This document shows positions 10,187 through 21,551 of a DNA stretch of 62,679 bases, piece by piece. Position numbers and translations under genes: made by a program. The stretch covers positions 1 through 62,679 of the forward strand of contig JBFFIY010000005.1 of NCBI GenBank assembly GCA_041556195.1. Reading direction: 5' to 3'. Within the stretch, counting starts at the first letter, position 1, and each line of letters starts with the position of its first letter. Source of the DNA: Enterobacterales bacterium. GTDB lineage: Bacteria; Pseudomonadota; Gammaproteobacteria; Enterobacterales; GCA-002770795. The notes below the pieces were generated by a model. The model was not told the DNA's origin and did no database searches. It saw nothing but the letters and a program-made list of their open reading frames with translations.

Positions 10187-10930
10187 TTATAGTTCAGCAT
10201 TAATTTGCTTTATAGTTTCCTCAGTTGTCCTAACGGCGTGAGCAATCATTCGAATGTTAGTCATCGCGGCTTTATATCCATCAAGACCAGGAAGCTGTGC
10301 TGCCGCAGTAGCATCTGATACCACTTGCACTTCAAATCCTTGCTCAATAAACTCACGCATATGTGCTTCGGTACACAAATTAGCAGACATACCAGCGAGT
10401 ATAACTTTGTCTATACCTCTCTTTCGAAGTTGCAAAATCATGTCATTAGTTTCCGGGCCATATACTTTGTGTGGACTAGATACAATCGTTTTACCGTTAT
10501 TGATGTACTTCTTGTAGATATTGAGCCAATCTGCTCCTGAATTTTCAAAACTTTCAGTTGTTAATGCACCTTTACGGTCGAACATACCCATACCATGCAT
10601 GGCTTTCTCAAGAGCTCCGCCATGCTCCCACTGATGGTCATGTGAATAGTAATAATGTGGAGAAACAAATACTGTTAATCCTTTTTTGTCTGCTATTTTG
10701 AATAATTTTTCTATGTTTTCTACAGTTTTATTTTCCGTTACACTCTTACCAACGAGTCCCCAGGTGACACCCTTGGGGCTGAGAAAATCATTTTGTGGAT
10801 CGGTTATAACAATAGCTGTATTGCCCTTTGTAAGTTTTACACCTGGATCAGGCAGGTCAGCCTTAGCAAGTTCTATTGAAGCCCCAACTACAATGGCCGC
10901 TACTATCAAATTTTTAGTGATATTAAACAT
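10187..10930 (-). CDS. Secreted isochorismatase-family cysteine hydrolase
   Basis: 247 aa with a signal peptide. It has the ITDPQNDF motif and a catalytic-Cys context, VILAGMSANLCTE. Confidence 0.85.
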   Translation of the reverse strand: MFNITKNLIVAAIVVGASIELAKADLPDPGVKLTKGNTAIVITDPQNDFLSPKGVTWGLVGKSVTENKTVENIEKLFKIADKKGLTVFVSPHYYYSHDHQWEHGGALEKAMHGMGMFDRKGALTTESFENSGADWLNIYKKYINNGKTIVSSPHKVYGPETNDMILQLRKRGIDKVILAGMSANLCTEAHMREFIEQGFEVQVVSDATAAAQLPGLDGYKAAMTNIRMIAHAVRTTEETIKQINAEL

Positions 10931-11081
10931 ATATATTTCTCCTGATAAGTGATAATTTAATCAGGGTGTATTATCACTGGTAGGAGTAAATATGTTAATG
11001 TCAGGTTATTCCGATTATTTGTCCATCTGTGTAAATTATTGACTTTTTTTATCCCTAATATAATAAAAAGGTAAAAGTAAA

Positions 11082-11996
11082 ATGGATGTTTTAGGTGATA
11101 TTCTAAGAGTAATTAAGCTAAAGGGTAGTGTATATTTTAATGCATGCTTTTGTGCTCCCTGGGGAATAGAGATGCAGAACAGTAATCGTGCTTCATTCCA
11201 CTTAGTAGTAGATGGAGAAGCATGGCTTAGAACAGGCTCTCTAGTCAAACCAATTAAACTGACTACGGGTGATGTAGTTCTTTTTCCAAAAGGAACAGCT
11301 CACTCTATCTCAGATAAACCAGATTCAGATTGCATAAAAGGAGCAAAGGTTGTAGAGGCATACAAAAACGGAAATTTTTTATTCGATGGTGAAAACGAAA
11401 AAATTAACTTTATATGCGGTTATACTGAATTTGATAATTCCCAGTCTCATTCGTTTTTAACCAATCTTCCAGAATTAATTCATATCTCATCAGAACTAAG
11501 AACACAATTTTTTTGGTTGGATTGCATACTGAAACAAATCATTATTGAAACACAACATCCTAAGCCAGGAAGCGACGTTTTGGTAGATAAATTCACCGAG
11601 ATACTCTATATCCAAATTCTGAGAGCCTATGCAGAACAAAACAACACTGAACAAAGTTATCTCTCGGCATTAATGGATGATCAACTCTCTCAATCATTAT
11701 CACTGATCCATAATAACCCCGAACAAGATTGGACCGCAGAACGCCTGGCCACTGAAGTTGGAATGTCTCGTTCAGCCTTTTATTCAAGGTTTAATGACTA
11801 TATTGGTATGCCGCCAATGCAATACCTGTTTGAGTGGAGGATGATGCAAGCAAGAAATAAAATAGAAAACACAAAAAAAACAATCGCCGAAATCTCCGAG
11901 GAACTTGGCTACGCTTCAAATAGTTCTTTTCAAAAAGCTTTTAAACGGTTTTATACGTTTACTCCAGCATCATTAAGAAAATTTCCTATTAACTAA
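11082..11996 (+). CDS. AraC-family transcriptional regulator (N-terminal cupin domain)
   Basis: 304 aa with a C-terminal double HTH (ERLATEVGMSRSAFYSRF...ISEELGYASNSSFQKAFKRFY). Divergent from the hydrolase gene. Confidence 0.9.
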   Translation: MDVLGDILRVIKLKGSVYFNACFCAPWGIEMQNSNRASFHLVVDGEAWLRTGSLVKPIKLTTGDVVLFPKGTAHSISDKPDSDCIKGAKVVEAYKNGNFLFDGENEKINFICGYTEFDNSQSHSFLTNLPELIHISSELRTQFFWLDCILKQIIIETQHPKPGSDVLVDKFTEILYIQILRAYAEQNNTEQSYLSALMDDQLSQSLSLIHNNPEQDWTAERLATEVGMSRSAFYSRFNDYIGMPPMQYLFEWRMMQARNKIENTKKTIAEISEELGYASNSSFQKAFKRFYTFTPASLRKFPIN

Positions 11997-12027
11997 CCTC
12001 AGTTCTGGATAAGAGAAAAAAAATTTA

Positions 12028-12366
12028 TTTACCACGAAGAACAGAGCCTGCCCCGTAAGCGCAGCGAGTACTATGGGTGCGAAGTTTTATAAGAAATTGA
12101 AAACAACTTTGAATCAAACAGATTAAAATAATAATTTTTCACAATAATCTGACATTCATCATCTAACTTTAGGAATTAACTTTTTAGGTTTTTTTAGCAC
12201 ATTTTTGAATGAAATTTAAAACTTTCACTCTTAAAAGTTGAGTTTTTTGATCATTTTTACAAAAAACAGTCTTTATTTAAATTATTTTTAACAGCTGATG
12301 AAAGTCGGAATAATTGTCAGTATATTTTCTTTTTCTTCGTGTACTTCGTGCCCTACGTGGTGAAAA
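12028..12366. mobile_element. Family-C MITE-like element with inverted TTTACCACGAAG / CTTCGTG-repeat termini
   Basis: The left end is tttaccacgaagaacag. The right end is cttcgtgtacttcgtgccctacgtggtgaaaa, which is the reverse complement of the left-end type. The interior is AT-rich and non-coding. A related solo terminus lies at 39550-39589. Confidence 0.55.
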
Positions 12367-12410
12367 TCTCTTAAACAGAATTCAGATTAGCTTGACTAAA
12401 TCGAAGGCAA

Positions 12411-12446
12411 AAAAATACCGCTGATGTTAAAGCGGCATTTTTTAAT
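12411..12446 (-). terminator. Candidate bidirectional rho-independent terminator downstream of the DUF885 gene
   Basis: aaaaaataccgct-gatgttaa-agcggcatttttt is a short GC stem flanked by an A-run and a T-run. The stem has only about 6 bp. Confidence 0.4.
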
Positions 12447-12462
12447 ATTGAAAACAGTTACT

Positions 12463-14313
12463 TTAGGATTTTGATATCACCCACTGCTCAACCAAAACTT
12501 CAAGAGTATTTAATGGGACTGGGCCATTTTTTAAAACTACATCATGAAATTCTCGAATGTCGAATTTATCAGAAAGTGCCTTTTTAGCTTTGGCTCTGAG
12601 TGATAAAATTTTCAACATGCCCACTTTATAGGCAGTTGCTTGTGAAGGGGCAACTATATGGCGTTCTACCATTTTAATCGCATCTCCTTTTGGATTAGGA
12701 GTATTTGTTAGGTAATACTCAATGCCCTGTTCCCTGTTCCATTTTTTAACATGGATCCCGGTATCCACCACTAATCGGCAAGCACGCCATAGTTCCATGG
12801 ATAATCGTCCAAAATCTGAATAAGGATCCTGGTAAAAACCTATTTCTTTTGGTAAAAATTCTGTATATAAACCCCAACCTTCTGAATAAGCCGTATATCG
12901 TCCATATTTTCTAAACTTTGGGATCCCTTCAAGTTCAGTGGCAATAGCCGATTGCATGTGATGACCGGGTATTCCTTCATGAAAGGCTAGAGCTTCCATT
13001 TGATAAGTGGGCATGTCCGACATTTTATAAAGGTTGGCATAATAAACGCCTGGACGTGAACCATCTGGTGAAGGTCTCTGATAAAAAGCTTTACCTGCTG
13101 ATTTTTCACGAAAAGCCTCTACAGCTCTTACAACCATATCTGCTTTAGGTTTTATGATAAAAAGCTCATCCAACCTGGCTTTCATTTTTTCCACAATAGC
13201 CGTTGCCTGTTCCAGGTATTTTTTCCTGCCCTGTTCTGTTTCCGGCAAATAAAACTGGGGATCTTTGCGCATAAATTCGAAGAACTCTGGCAATGTACCT
13301 TCAAACTTTACTGTCTTCATGATAGCTCGCATTTCTGCATGAATTCGTTCAACTTCTGACAGGCCCAGTTTATGAATTTCTTCAGCACTCATTTGTGTAG
13401 TGGTAGTTTTCTCAAGTGCTGAGTTATAAAAATTACTTCCATCAGGAAATTTCCATGCACCAGCATCATCATTAGCTATTTTTTCTAATTGTTTAGCTTT
13501 GCTAATTAAAGCCTTGAAAGCAGGTTTAACGCTTTTAATTAATGCCTCACTTGCACGTTTGATTAAATCTTCTTTGATTGACTTTTCCACTTCAAGTGCT
13601 GCCACTTTTTTCTTGAAATCAGCAAAAAGCGTGCTGTCTTTTTTACTTGAGTCAAACGGCTGGCCTTTAATGATGTTTTCACTGTCATTAATAACATAGG
13701 GGTATACAAACCTGGGTGCGATAATATTTTTTTTAGCTCGCAATTCTAAATTTTCAACAACCTGATTAAACACTTCATGCATTTTTGATAATCTTGATAT
13801 ATAAGATTCAGCATCATCAACACTACTCACGCGATGGATATTAATCAGCATAGAGGGAAGATTAGATTGAACGCCAAACATCTGATTGACAGGATAATTG
13901 TGGAACCGATATTTAAAGGTTTTCACTTCATCATTGACACTTTTTACAAAGAGATCATAACTGATTTTACTTTGTCTATTCAGTAAATCACGGTCCACTT
14001 CTTTTTGTAGTTTAACAAGCTGGCCTTTTCTTATTTCAAGATCCGCTTTTGCTTTAGCGTCACTTAAATCATCCCATTCACCGTAATTTGTTTTGATGCC
14101 AAGGTAACTTTGAAATACTGGTTTACGCATCAGCATTTCCATAAAAAAGCTTTCAAATAACTTATTGGCTTTTTCTGATTCAATTTGTTGTTTTTTTTCT
14201 ATCTCATGAAGAGTTGAAAATTTTTCATTCTGGTTATGAGCAAGTGTAATCGTTGACAGTCCCAAAGATAGAACCATTAAGATAAATAAATACATTTTAA
14301 AGATTAACTTCAT
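12463..14313 (-). CDS. DUF885-family (metallopeptidase-like) secreted protein
   Basis: 616 aa with a signal peptide. It has the HEGIPGHHMQ motif characteristic of DUF885. Confidence 0.85.
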   Translation of the reverse strand: MKLIFKMYLFILMVLSLGLSTITLAHNQNEKFSTLHEIEKKQQIESEKANKLFESFFMEMLMRKPVFQSYLGIKTNYGEWDDLSDAKAKADLEIRKGQLVKLQKEVDRDLLNRQSKISYDLFVKSVNDEVKTFKYRFHNYPVNQMFGVQSNLPSMLINIHRVSSVDDAESYISRLSKMHEVFNQVVENLELRAKKNIIAPRFVYPYVINDSENIIKGQPFDSSKKDSTLFADFKKKVAALEVEKSIKEDLIKRASEALIKSVKPAFKALISKAKQLEKIANDDAGAWKFPDGSNFYNSALEKTTTTQMSAEEIHKLGLSEVERIHAEMRAIMKTVKFEGTLPEFFEFMRKDPQFYLPETEQGRKKYLEQATAIVEKMKARLDELFIIKPKADMVVRAVEAFREKSAGKAFYQRPSPDGSRPGVYYANLYKMSDMPTYQMEALAFHEGIPGHHMQSAIATELEGIPKFRKYGRYTAYSEGWGLYTEFLPKEIGFYQDPYSDFGRLSMELWRACRLVVDTGIHVKKWNREQGIEYYLTNTPNPKGDAIKMVERHIVAPSQATAYKVGMLKILSLRAKAKKALSDKFDIREFHDVVLKNGPVPLNTLEVLVEQWVISKS

Positions 14314-14340
14314 ACAAACTCCTTAGATACTAATAGTAAA

Positions 14341-15855
14341 TCAAATTAAATCAGATGATTTCTCAAACAATGTTTCAATTTCAGACTTTGGTTTTTTAGT
14401 AATAAGACTCACACCAATAATTGAAATTAGAGAGAATATAAATGCAGGGAACATTTCATAGAGATCAAAAATACCACCCTGCATTTGTTTCCACAGAATC
14501 ACAACCACGGCTCCAACAATAATACCCGCAATAGCACCCGAGAGAGTCATACGTTTCCATAAAACAGATAAAATAACTAATGGACCAAATGCACTACCCA
14601 AACCTGCCCATGCATATGAAACCAGTGACAATACAGATGCATTGGGATCTGACGCGATTATAATCGCAATCAAAGCCAATGCCAGAACTGACAGGCGACC
14701 CACCCAGATCAATTCATTTTGAGAAGCTGTTTTTCTAACAAAGTTTCGATAAAAGTCTTCTGTTATGGCACTGGAACAAACTAACAGTTGGGAATCAATT
14801 GTACTCATTACAGCAGCCAAAATAGCGGCAAGTAACACACCTGATACCCAGGGATTAAATAAAACCTGTGTAAGCAAAATAAATACGGCTTCGCTATTAG
14901 TTTGAAGCTGTTCTAAACCTGCTTCGGGGTGAATTTGAAAATAAGCAATACCTACCAGTCCAGTCGTGATAGAACCAACTAAACTGGCCACCATCCAGCT
15001 CATGGCTATTCTTCTGGCTTTCGGAACTTCAGAAACCGAACTAATTGCCATAAATCTTGCCAGGATGTGAGGTTGACCAACATAACCAAATCCCCAGGCT
15101 AAAAGAGATAATCCTCCTATAAGGGTTAAACCCGAAAAGGGCTCAATAGGATTATTAGCTTTAATTCCAGAACTCAGTAATTGCTGATGCGTATTATCAA
15201 TAATTGACAGGGTTTCTGACCAGCCACCTAATTCATATATGGCTGCAATTGGTGCAATGACTAATGCCAGTAACATTAACAACCCCTGAACAAAATCTGT
15301 CCAACTAACCGCAAGAAATCCACCAAGGAATGTGTATGAGACGATAACAATAGCACCTATCCACAATGCCATTTGATAGTTCATATGAAAGCTGGATTCA
15401 AATAAAGTGGCACCAGCAACTAATCCCGATGCTGTATAAAAGGTAAAAAATATCAGGATTACCGTAGCAGACAAGATTCTTATTGATTTGCTATTGTCAG
15501 CAAAGCGATTTTCGAAATAATCAGGCAAGGTAAGTGAATCTCCAAATTTTTCAGTAAAGACTCTTAATCTTGGCGCTATAAATTTCCAATTCAAATAGGC
15601 TCCCAAGACTAAACCAAAACCAATTATACCTTCACTCATTCCTTTTAAATAAATTGCCCCGGGTAAACCGAGTAGTAACCAACCACTCATATCTGAGGCA
15701 CCGGCACTTAAAGCGGTTACTGAAGCACTAAGACGTCTTCCCCCCAGGATATAATCAGAAAGATTTTTTGTTAAACGCCAGGCAACAATGCCAATGCTCA
15801 ACATAGCAACAAGATAAAGAATAAAGGTAATTAATGTGGGTAAAGGTATATTCAT
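14341..15855 (-). CDS. putP: Sodium/proline symporter
   Basis: 504 aa SSS-family protein with about 13 TM segments. The N-terminal and central regions are typical of PutP (GGRRLSASVTALSAGASDMSGWLLLGLPG). Confidence 0.9.
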   Translation of the reverse strand: MNIPLPTLITFILYLVAMLSIGIVAWRLTKNLSDYILGGRRLSASVTALSAGASDMSGWLLLGLPGAIYLKGMSEGIIGFGLVLGAYLNWKFIAPRLRVFTEKFGDSLTLPDYFENRFADNSKSIRILSATVILIFFTFYTASGLVAGATLFESSFHMNYQMALWIGAIVIVSYTFLGGFLAVSWTDFVQGLLMLLALVIAPIAAIYELGGWSETLSIIDNTHQQLLSSGIKANNPIEPFSGLTLIGGLSLLAWGFGYVGQPHILARFMAISSVSEVPKARRIAMSWMVASLVGSITTGLVGIAYFQIHPEAGLEQLQTNSEAVFILLTQVLFNPWVSGVLLAAILAAVMSTIDSQLLVCSSAITEDFYRNFVRKTASQNELIWVGRLSVLALALIAIIIASDPNASVLSLVSYAWAGLGSAFGPLVILSVLWKRMTLSGAIAGIIVGAVVVILWKQMQGGIFDLYEMFPAFIFSLISIIGVSLITKKPKSEIETLFEKSSDLI

Positions 15856-15920
15856 ATTTTTTATTTATTTTTTATTTATTTTGTTTTTATCTCGAAACTC
15901 GAAACTCGAACCTGCTTTTT

Positions 15921-17501
15921 CTATTTCTTAAAATAATTAGCAAGAAACTCATCGAAATCTATTTGGGGCTCTTCTTCCATCTGTATTTGTTTCTGCAAAG
16001 ATGAAGTTGCTTCTTTTTTAAATAGTTTTTGTTCTTGTTCAGTTAACCCTTGCTCTAAAAACTGTTCTTTCTGAGAGAGAGATAAACTCTGCACAACTTC
16101 ATAATAACTACCTTGCTGCTGGATCTGCTCCATGAACTTTCCTGAAAGAGTGAGTTCAGGTTTCTCAAAACATTGTTCCCAATATTTAACATTAGAACTA
16201 TACCTTTTTGTATTCCAGCAACTATCAAATAAATTTGCAACTTCCGACATTTTTTGAGAAAAATCTAATCCGATTTGAGAAAGCTGCATGGCTCGATTAT
16301 CTTTTAATAAAAGTAATCCGGGTTCTCGTCCTTCGTTAACAGTCCGTCTTAAATTTTCAGAAATTTCTGCTTGTTCACGACAACTAATCTCAGGGCTATC
16401 CATAAGCAAACAGGTAACCAGGAAACAATCTAACCATTGAATTTGTTCGTTGGTCATGCCTACTGGCGAGAATGGATTGATATCAAGACTGCGTATTTCA
16501 ATATATTCTACACCACCCTGCGATAAAGTTTTAGCGGGACGTTCTCCTGATATTGCTACACGTTTAGGACGAATATTGGAATAGTATTCATTTTCAATTT
16601 GCAAAAGATTGGCATTAAGCTGTTTATATTTAATTTGCTCAGAACCAGCTTCGATTACTTTGACCCCAAGTTTTTCATAAAGAGGTTCAGGCGTATTGAT
16701 CGCGTGTTCCAGTCCAGCAACATATTCGTCCAGGCTGTTATAACTGATATTGAGTTTAGATTGAGCATTATTGGAATAACCCATATCTCCCATTCTTAAG
16801 GATGTCGCCTTTGGCCCATAAGAAGTACCCGTAGATAATTTTTTCAACTTGGTTTTTTTGCCATTTAAAAAACAGTTACATACCGCTGGAGAAGCTCCAA
16901 ATAGAAAAGGTAACATCCAACTAAAACGATGATAATTACGGATCAAACCCATATATTTTTTTGAAATATATGTTTGAAGTTCTCCTGGCTCGTCATCCCA
17001 ACTTTGAAGTTGTTTCCAGAATTCTTGAGGTATGGAAAAATTATAATGTAAGCCTGAAATAGTCTGCATTAAACGGCCATAGCGGTGCCCCAGCCCTACC
17101 CGATAAATATATTTCATACGCCCACTGTTTGATGTTCCATAATATGCAATCGGTATGTTTTTTTCAGGATCAAGCATGCATGGCATAGAAGCATTCCATA
17201 AATAGTCGTCACCAATATTTTGGTAAATAAAACGGTGAATACTGTCTAAACACTTTAATGGTTCTGTAGGATCTTCGCTGGGAGGTGTAATTAATTCAAG
17301 AAGAACTTCAGAGTAATCTGTCGTGATATATTTGTGTGTGAGAGTGGAGCCCAATGCCTCAGGATGGCTTTGAGTACTAAGAAAACCATTTGTGCCTACT
17401 CTGAGACTTTCTTTTTCTAAACCACGCTTAATACCACGAAGTAGCAGTGGTATATGTGCAGATGATAATTTATTGATCAGCTCTTCAAAGTGTTGACTCA
17501 A
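15921..17501 (-). CDS. gshA: Glutamate--cysteine ligase
   Basis: 526 aa, collinear with enterobacterial GshA (GIKRGLEKESLRV, YMRIWNFSIP-like region, EYIEIRSLDINPF). TTG start codon. Confidence 0.95.
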   Translation of the reverse strand: MSQHFEELINKLSSAHIPLLLRGIKRGLEKESLRVGTNGFLSTQSHPEALGSTLTHKYITTDYSEVLLELITPPSEDPTEPLKCLDSIHRFIYQNIGDDYLWNASMPCMLDPEKNIPIAYYGTSNSGRMKYIYRVGLGHRYGRLMQTISGLHYNFSIPQEFWKQLQSWDDEPGELQTYISKKYMGLIRNYHRFSWMLPFLFGASPAVCNCFLNGKKTKLKKLSTGTSYGPKATSLRMGDMGYSNNAQSKLNISYNSLDEYVAGLEHAINTPEPLYEKLGVKVIEAGSEQIKYKQLNANLLQIENEYYSNIRPKRVAISGERPAKTLSQGGVEYIEIRSLDINPFSPVGMTNEQIQWLDCFLVTCLLMDSPEISCREQAEISENLRRTVNEGREPGLLLLKDNRAMQLSQIGLDFSQKMSEVANLFDSCWNTKRYSSNVKYWEQCFEKPELTLSGKFMEQIQQQGSYYEVVQSLSLSQKEQFLEQGLTEQEQKLFKKEATSSLQKQIQMEEEPQIDFDEFLANYFKK

Positions 17502-17519
17502 ATCTTACTCCTAAAATAT

Positions 17520-20500
17520 TTAATCTAACCAAACTCTTGCATTTCTAAACATTCTCATCCAAGGCCCATATTCTCCCCACTGCTCTGGTGCCCATGAATT
17601 CTGAACGGTACGATAAACCCGTTCCGGATGAGGCATCATAATGGTAACACGCCCATCATCGTTTGTTAGACCCGCAATTGCAAATGGTGAACCATTGGGA
17701 TTAGCAGGATAGTTCATAGTCGCTTTACCTTCTGTATCAACATAACGTAACGATACCAGACCACTTTCATTGCTTTTTTCTGCGATAGTTTCAGACTGAA
17801 ATTCAGCTCTACCCTCACCGTGAGCAATAGCCACGGGGATCTGGGTTCCCGCCATACCCTGTAATAAAATAGAGGGTGATTGTGGAATTTCTACCATCGC
17901 CACTCTACCCTCGAATTGTTCTGAACGATTACGTACAAAATGTGGCCAATGTGCCGCACCGGGAATTAAACCTCCCAGATTCGACATCATCTGACAACCA
18001 TTACAAACTCCCAGAGCAAAGCTATCTTCACGTTGGAAAAATGCTTCAAACTCATCTCTTGTTTTTGCATGATATAAAATAGATTTTGCCCAGCCCTCAC
18101 CAGCACCTAATACATCACCGTAGGAGAATCCACCACAGGCAACAAGTCCATGGAATTCATCAAGTGAAACCCGCTGTTCGATGATATCACTCATGTGAAC
18201 ATCAACCGATTCAAAACCAGCCTGATGAAAAGCCGCAGCCATTTCAACCTGTCCGTTAACTCCCTGCTCTCTTAAAATCGCTACAGATGGCCTTACTCCA
18301 GTATTAATAAAGGGTGCTGAAATATCTTCATTAGCATCAAAGGTTATTTTAGGAGACATACCCGACTCATCAAGGGATTGACGAGTCTGATGTTCTTCTT
18401 TAGCACATTCAGGATTATCCCTTAGACTTTGCATACGAAAGCTGGTTTCACTCCATAGCTGTCTCAAATGAGCACGAGAGCTTTGATAAATCACCTCGCC
18501 GTCATTAGCAATGACCAATTGATTATCATCACGCAAACAGCCTATTTTATAAGCATGATCATTCAGTTTAAATTGTAATAACCTTTTCTCCAATTCAACC
18601 CTGTCCTGACTACGTATTTGAATAACGGCGCCTAATTCTTCATTAAAGAGTATAGATAGAACATCTGCCTCAGTGGATATGGCATCAAGGTTTAATTCAA
18701 CACCCGTAGCTCCAGCAAAACTCATTTCAGTGATTGTCGCTAACAAACCACCATCAGAACGATCATGATAGGCTAATAACTTGTCATCATGATTCATTGA
18801 TTGGATCAGTTCAAAAAATGCTTTCAATTTACTGGCATCAACCACATCTGCCACTTCATCACCTAATTGAGCATAAACCTGTGTCAGTGCAGTGGCTCCT
18901 AATCGATTATTTCCTTCACCCAAATCAATAAGCCATAATTCAGTATCGCCCTTATCGGTTCTAAGTTGTGGTGTCAGGCTTTTTCTGGCATCAGTGACAG
19001 GAGCAAAGGCAGTGATGATCAGAGACAAAGGAGAGGTCACTGATTTATTTTGACTCGTTTCAGAGCCTTTTGTTTCTGACCACTGGGTACGCATTGACAT
19101 TGAATCTTTACCCACGGGAATACAAATACCAAGTTTTGGACAAAGATCCATACCAACAGCCTCAACTGCAGCATAGAGGTTTGCATCTTCACCTTCAGCT
19201 TCGGCTGCCGCCATCCAATTGGCTGATAGTTTGATATCTGAAATTTTATTGATTTTGGCTGCGGCAATATTGGTGACAGCTTCAGCTACGGCCATTCTGG
19301 CGGCTGCAGCAGAATCAAGTAAAGCTGCCGGAGTACGTTCTCCCATTGACATAGCTTCACCTTTAAAGCTATCTAAAGATGAGGTTGTTACTGCACAATC
19401 AGCTACCGGAACCTGCCATGGACCAACCATTTGGTCACGTGCAACCAAACCGGTAATTGTTCTGTCTCCTATAGAAATCAAAAATGTTTTATCTGCGACA
19501 CTTGGTAGTTGTAAAACACGCTCTATGGCTTCTTTAAGGTTAATATTACTGAGATTGAGTTTTTTAGAAGAAATCTGTCTGGATTTAACATCACGATGCA
19601 TTTTGGGCGACTTACCAAAAAGTACATCCATTGGGATATCTACAGGTTTTTGTGTGTCAGAACTATTTAAGCTATCAGACAGCACAAGTTGTTGCTTTTC
19701 AGTGGCTTCACCTAATACCGCATAAGGACAACGTTCTCTACCGCAAATTTTTTCAAAAACCTCAAGTTCTTCAGGTGATACAGCCAACATATAACGCTCT
19801 TGAGATTCATTACACCAGATCTCAACCGGAGACATACCAGGCTCATCATTGGGTACTCGTCTTAATTCGAAACTGCCACCAAAGCCATTATCATGGATCA
19901 ATTCAGGCACGGCATTGGATAACCCTCCTGCTCCAACATCATGAATAAAAGCAATAGGATTGTGTTCGCCCATAGCCCAACAACGGTCAATCACTTCCTG
20001 ACAACGTCTTTCCATCTCAGGGTTTTCACGTTGCACAGACGCAAAATCCAAATCTTCATGACTGGAACCGGATGCCATAGAAGAAGCTGCACCGCCTCCT
20101 AATCCAATCAACATGGCTGGACCACCTAATACAATCACCTTATAACCATGCTGGATACTTCCTTTTTGAACATGTCCGTCTCGAATATTACCTAATCCAC
20201 CCGCAATCATTATGGGTTTATGATAACCTCGGACCTCTGCTCCATACCCTAAGTCAACTTCTTGTTCATAGGTTCTAAAATATCCGCACAAATTTGGTCG
20301 TCCAAATTCGTTATTAAACGCTGCTCCACCAATCGGGCCTTCAAGCATAATGTCTAAAGCAGAAACAATTCGATCGGGCTTGCCCGCATCAAATTCCCAG
20401 GCATGGATATATTCAGGAATATGTAAGTTGGAAACAGTGAAACCTGTTAAACCCGCTTTTGGTTTGGAACCCTTACCAGTGGCACCTTCGTCGCGAATTT

Positions 20501-21488
20501 CTCCGCCTGAGCCTGTAGCAGCACCAGGATACGGAGAAATAGCTGTGGGGTGATTGTGTGTCTCGACCTTCATCAGGATATGTATTGGTTCTTGATGAAA
20601 CTCATACACCTGACTATCCGGTTCAGGAAAAAATCTTCCGGCTTCATAACCTTCCATAACGGCAGCATTATCACTATAAGCGGAAAGCACCCCGGCTGGA
20701 TTTAGTGCATGGGTATTACGAATCATATTAAACAGAGAAATATCCTTCTCTTTATCATCTATTGTCCAACTCGCATTAAAAATTTTATGGCGACAGTGTT
20801 CAGAATTTGCCTGAGCAAACATCATTAACTCAACATCTGTGGGATTACGTTTTAAATCAAGGAAACGTTCCAGTAGATAATCTATTTCATCATTAGCAAG
20901 AGCAAGACCCAATGTTGTGTTAGCTTCAACCAATGCATCTCGGCCATTAGCCATGACTTCAACCTGTATCAATGGTTTAGGAGCATGAACTTCAAATAAG
21001 ACACCGGCCTGATCAGTGCTTTCAAGTACAGATTCCGTCATTCTGTCGTGTAACAATGTGGCTACTTGAGCAAACTCTGAAGAATTTAATTCATTTGAAG
21101 TGCTTTGCTGCTCAGTTAAAACAGAGTAAACAATGCCTCGCTCAATTCGCTCAACTTTATTCAGACCACAATTATGTGCAATATCGGTAGCCTTGGTTGA
21201 CCAGGGAGATATAGTGCCCGGTCGTGGAACAACTAACAACGATTGTTCAGTGAATTCACCTTTGTCATTGTTAAAAACTGCTCTTTTAGGGCCATATATG
21301 AGTATGGTATCCAGAACTTCTTTTTCCAACTGGGATAACTTGAACTCAGGCTCCTGCTCATTCAGCTGAATAAAATGCACATATTCGGCATAAAGTTCTG
21401 AAATTTTAGGGGAAATTTGTTGGCAATCGGCCAAAAGTTTTTGTTGCCGAAAATCAGATAGAGCAGGTGCACCAGGCAATATAAGCAT
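17520..21488 (-). CDS. purL: Phosphoribosylformylglycinamidine synthase (single-chain large PurL)
   Basis: 1322 aa. Has the N-terminal [14 protein letters not shown], the FGAM synthase core and a C-terminal glutaminase with GVCNGCQMM and the HPE triad. Confidence 0.97.
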   Translation of the reverse strand: MLILPGAPALSDFRQQKLLADCQQISPKISELYAEYVHFIQLNEQEPEFKLSQLEKEVLDTILIYGPKRAVFNNDKGEFTEQSLLVVPRPGTISPWSTKATDIAHNCGLNKVERIERGIVYSVLTEQQSTSNELNSSEFAQVATLLHDRMTESVLESTDQAGVLFEVHAPKPLIQVEVMANGRDALVEANTTLGLALANDEIDYLLERFLDLKRNPTDVELMMFAQANSEHCRHKIFNASWTIDDKEKDISLFNMIRNTHALNPAGVLSAYSDNAAVMEGYEAGRFFPEPDSQVYEFHQEPIHILMKVETHNHPTAISPYPGAATGSGGEIRDEGATGKGSKPKAGLTGFTVSNLHIPEYIHAWEFDAGKPDRIVSALDIMLEGPIGGAAFNNEFGRPNLCGYFRTYEQEVDLGYGAEVRGYHKPIMIAGGLGNIRDGHVQKGSIQHGYKVIVLGGPAMLIGLGGGAASSMASGSSHEDLDFASVQRENPEMERRCQEVIDRCWAMGEHNPIAFIHDVGAGGLSNAVPELIHDNGFGGSFELRRVPNDEPGMSPVEIWCNESQERYMLAVSPEELEVFEKICGRERCPYAVLGEATEKQQLVLSDSLNSSDTQKPVDIPMDVLFGKSPKMHRDVKSRQISSKKLNLSNINLKEAIERVLQLPSVADKTFLISIGDRTITGLVARDQMVGPWQVPVADCAVTTSSLDSFKGEAMSMGERTPAALLDSAAAARMAVAEAVTNIAAAKINKISDIKLSANWMAAAEAEGEDANLYAAVEAVGMDLCPKLGICIPVGKDSMSMRTQWSETKGSETSQNKSVTSPLSLIITAFAPVTDARKSLTPQLRTDKGDTELWLIDLGEGNNRLGATALTQVYAQLGDEVADVVDASKLKAFFELIQSMNHDDKLLAYHDRSDGGLLATITEMSFAGATGVELNLDAISTEADVLSILFNEELGAVIQIRSQDRVELEKRLLQFKLNDHAYKIGCLRDDNQLVIANDGEVIYQSSRAHLRQLWSETSFRMQSLRDNPECAKEEHQTRQSLDESGMSPKITFDANEDISAPFINTGVRPSVAILREQGVNGQVEMAAAFHQAGFESVDVHMSDIIEQRVSLDEFHGLVACGGFSYGDVLGAGEGWAKSILYHAKTRDEFEAFFQREDSFALGVCNGCQMMSNLGGLIPGAAHWPHFVRNRSEQFEGRVAMVEIPQSPSILLQGMAGTQIPVAIAHGEGRAEFQSETIAEKSNESGLVSLRYVDTEGKATMNYPANPNGSPFAIAGLTNDDGRVTIMMPHPERVYRTVQNSWAPEQWGEYGPWMRMFRNARVWLD

Positions 21489-21551
21489 GAAGATCTCACA
21501 TGAGTTTAAGAGAGTAATTCAAGAAGCAGGATCATACTGCAAACGACGGCT

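Noticed and set aside
15856-15911. Tandem heptamer (ctcgaaa x3) and T/A-rich short repeats between putP and gshA
   Set aside because: This is a very short, low-complexity sequence in a promoter or terminator spacer, with no evidence of function beyond AT-rich spacer DNA.
21531-21546. PurR box upstream of purL (ctGCAAACGacggctt)
   Set aside because: Only the left half-site (GCAAACG) matches the enterobacterial PurR consensus and the right half is unrelated. No comparable site was seen upstream of purF. The evidence is too weak to call.
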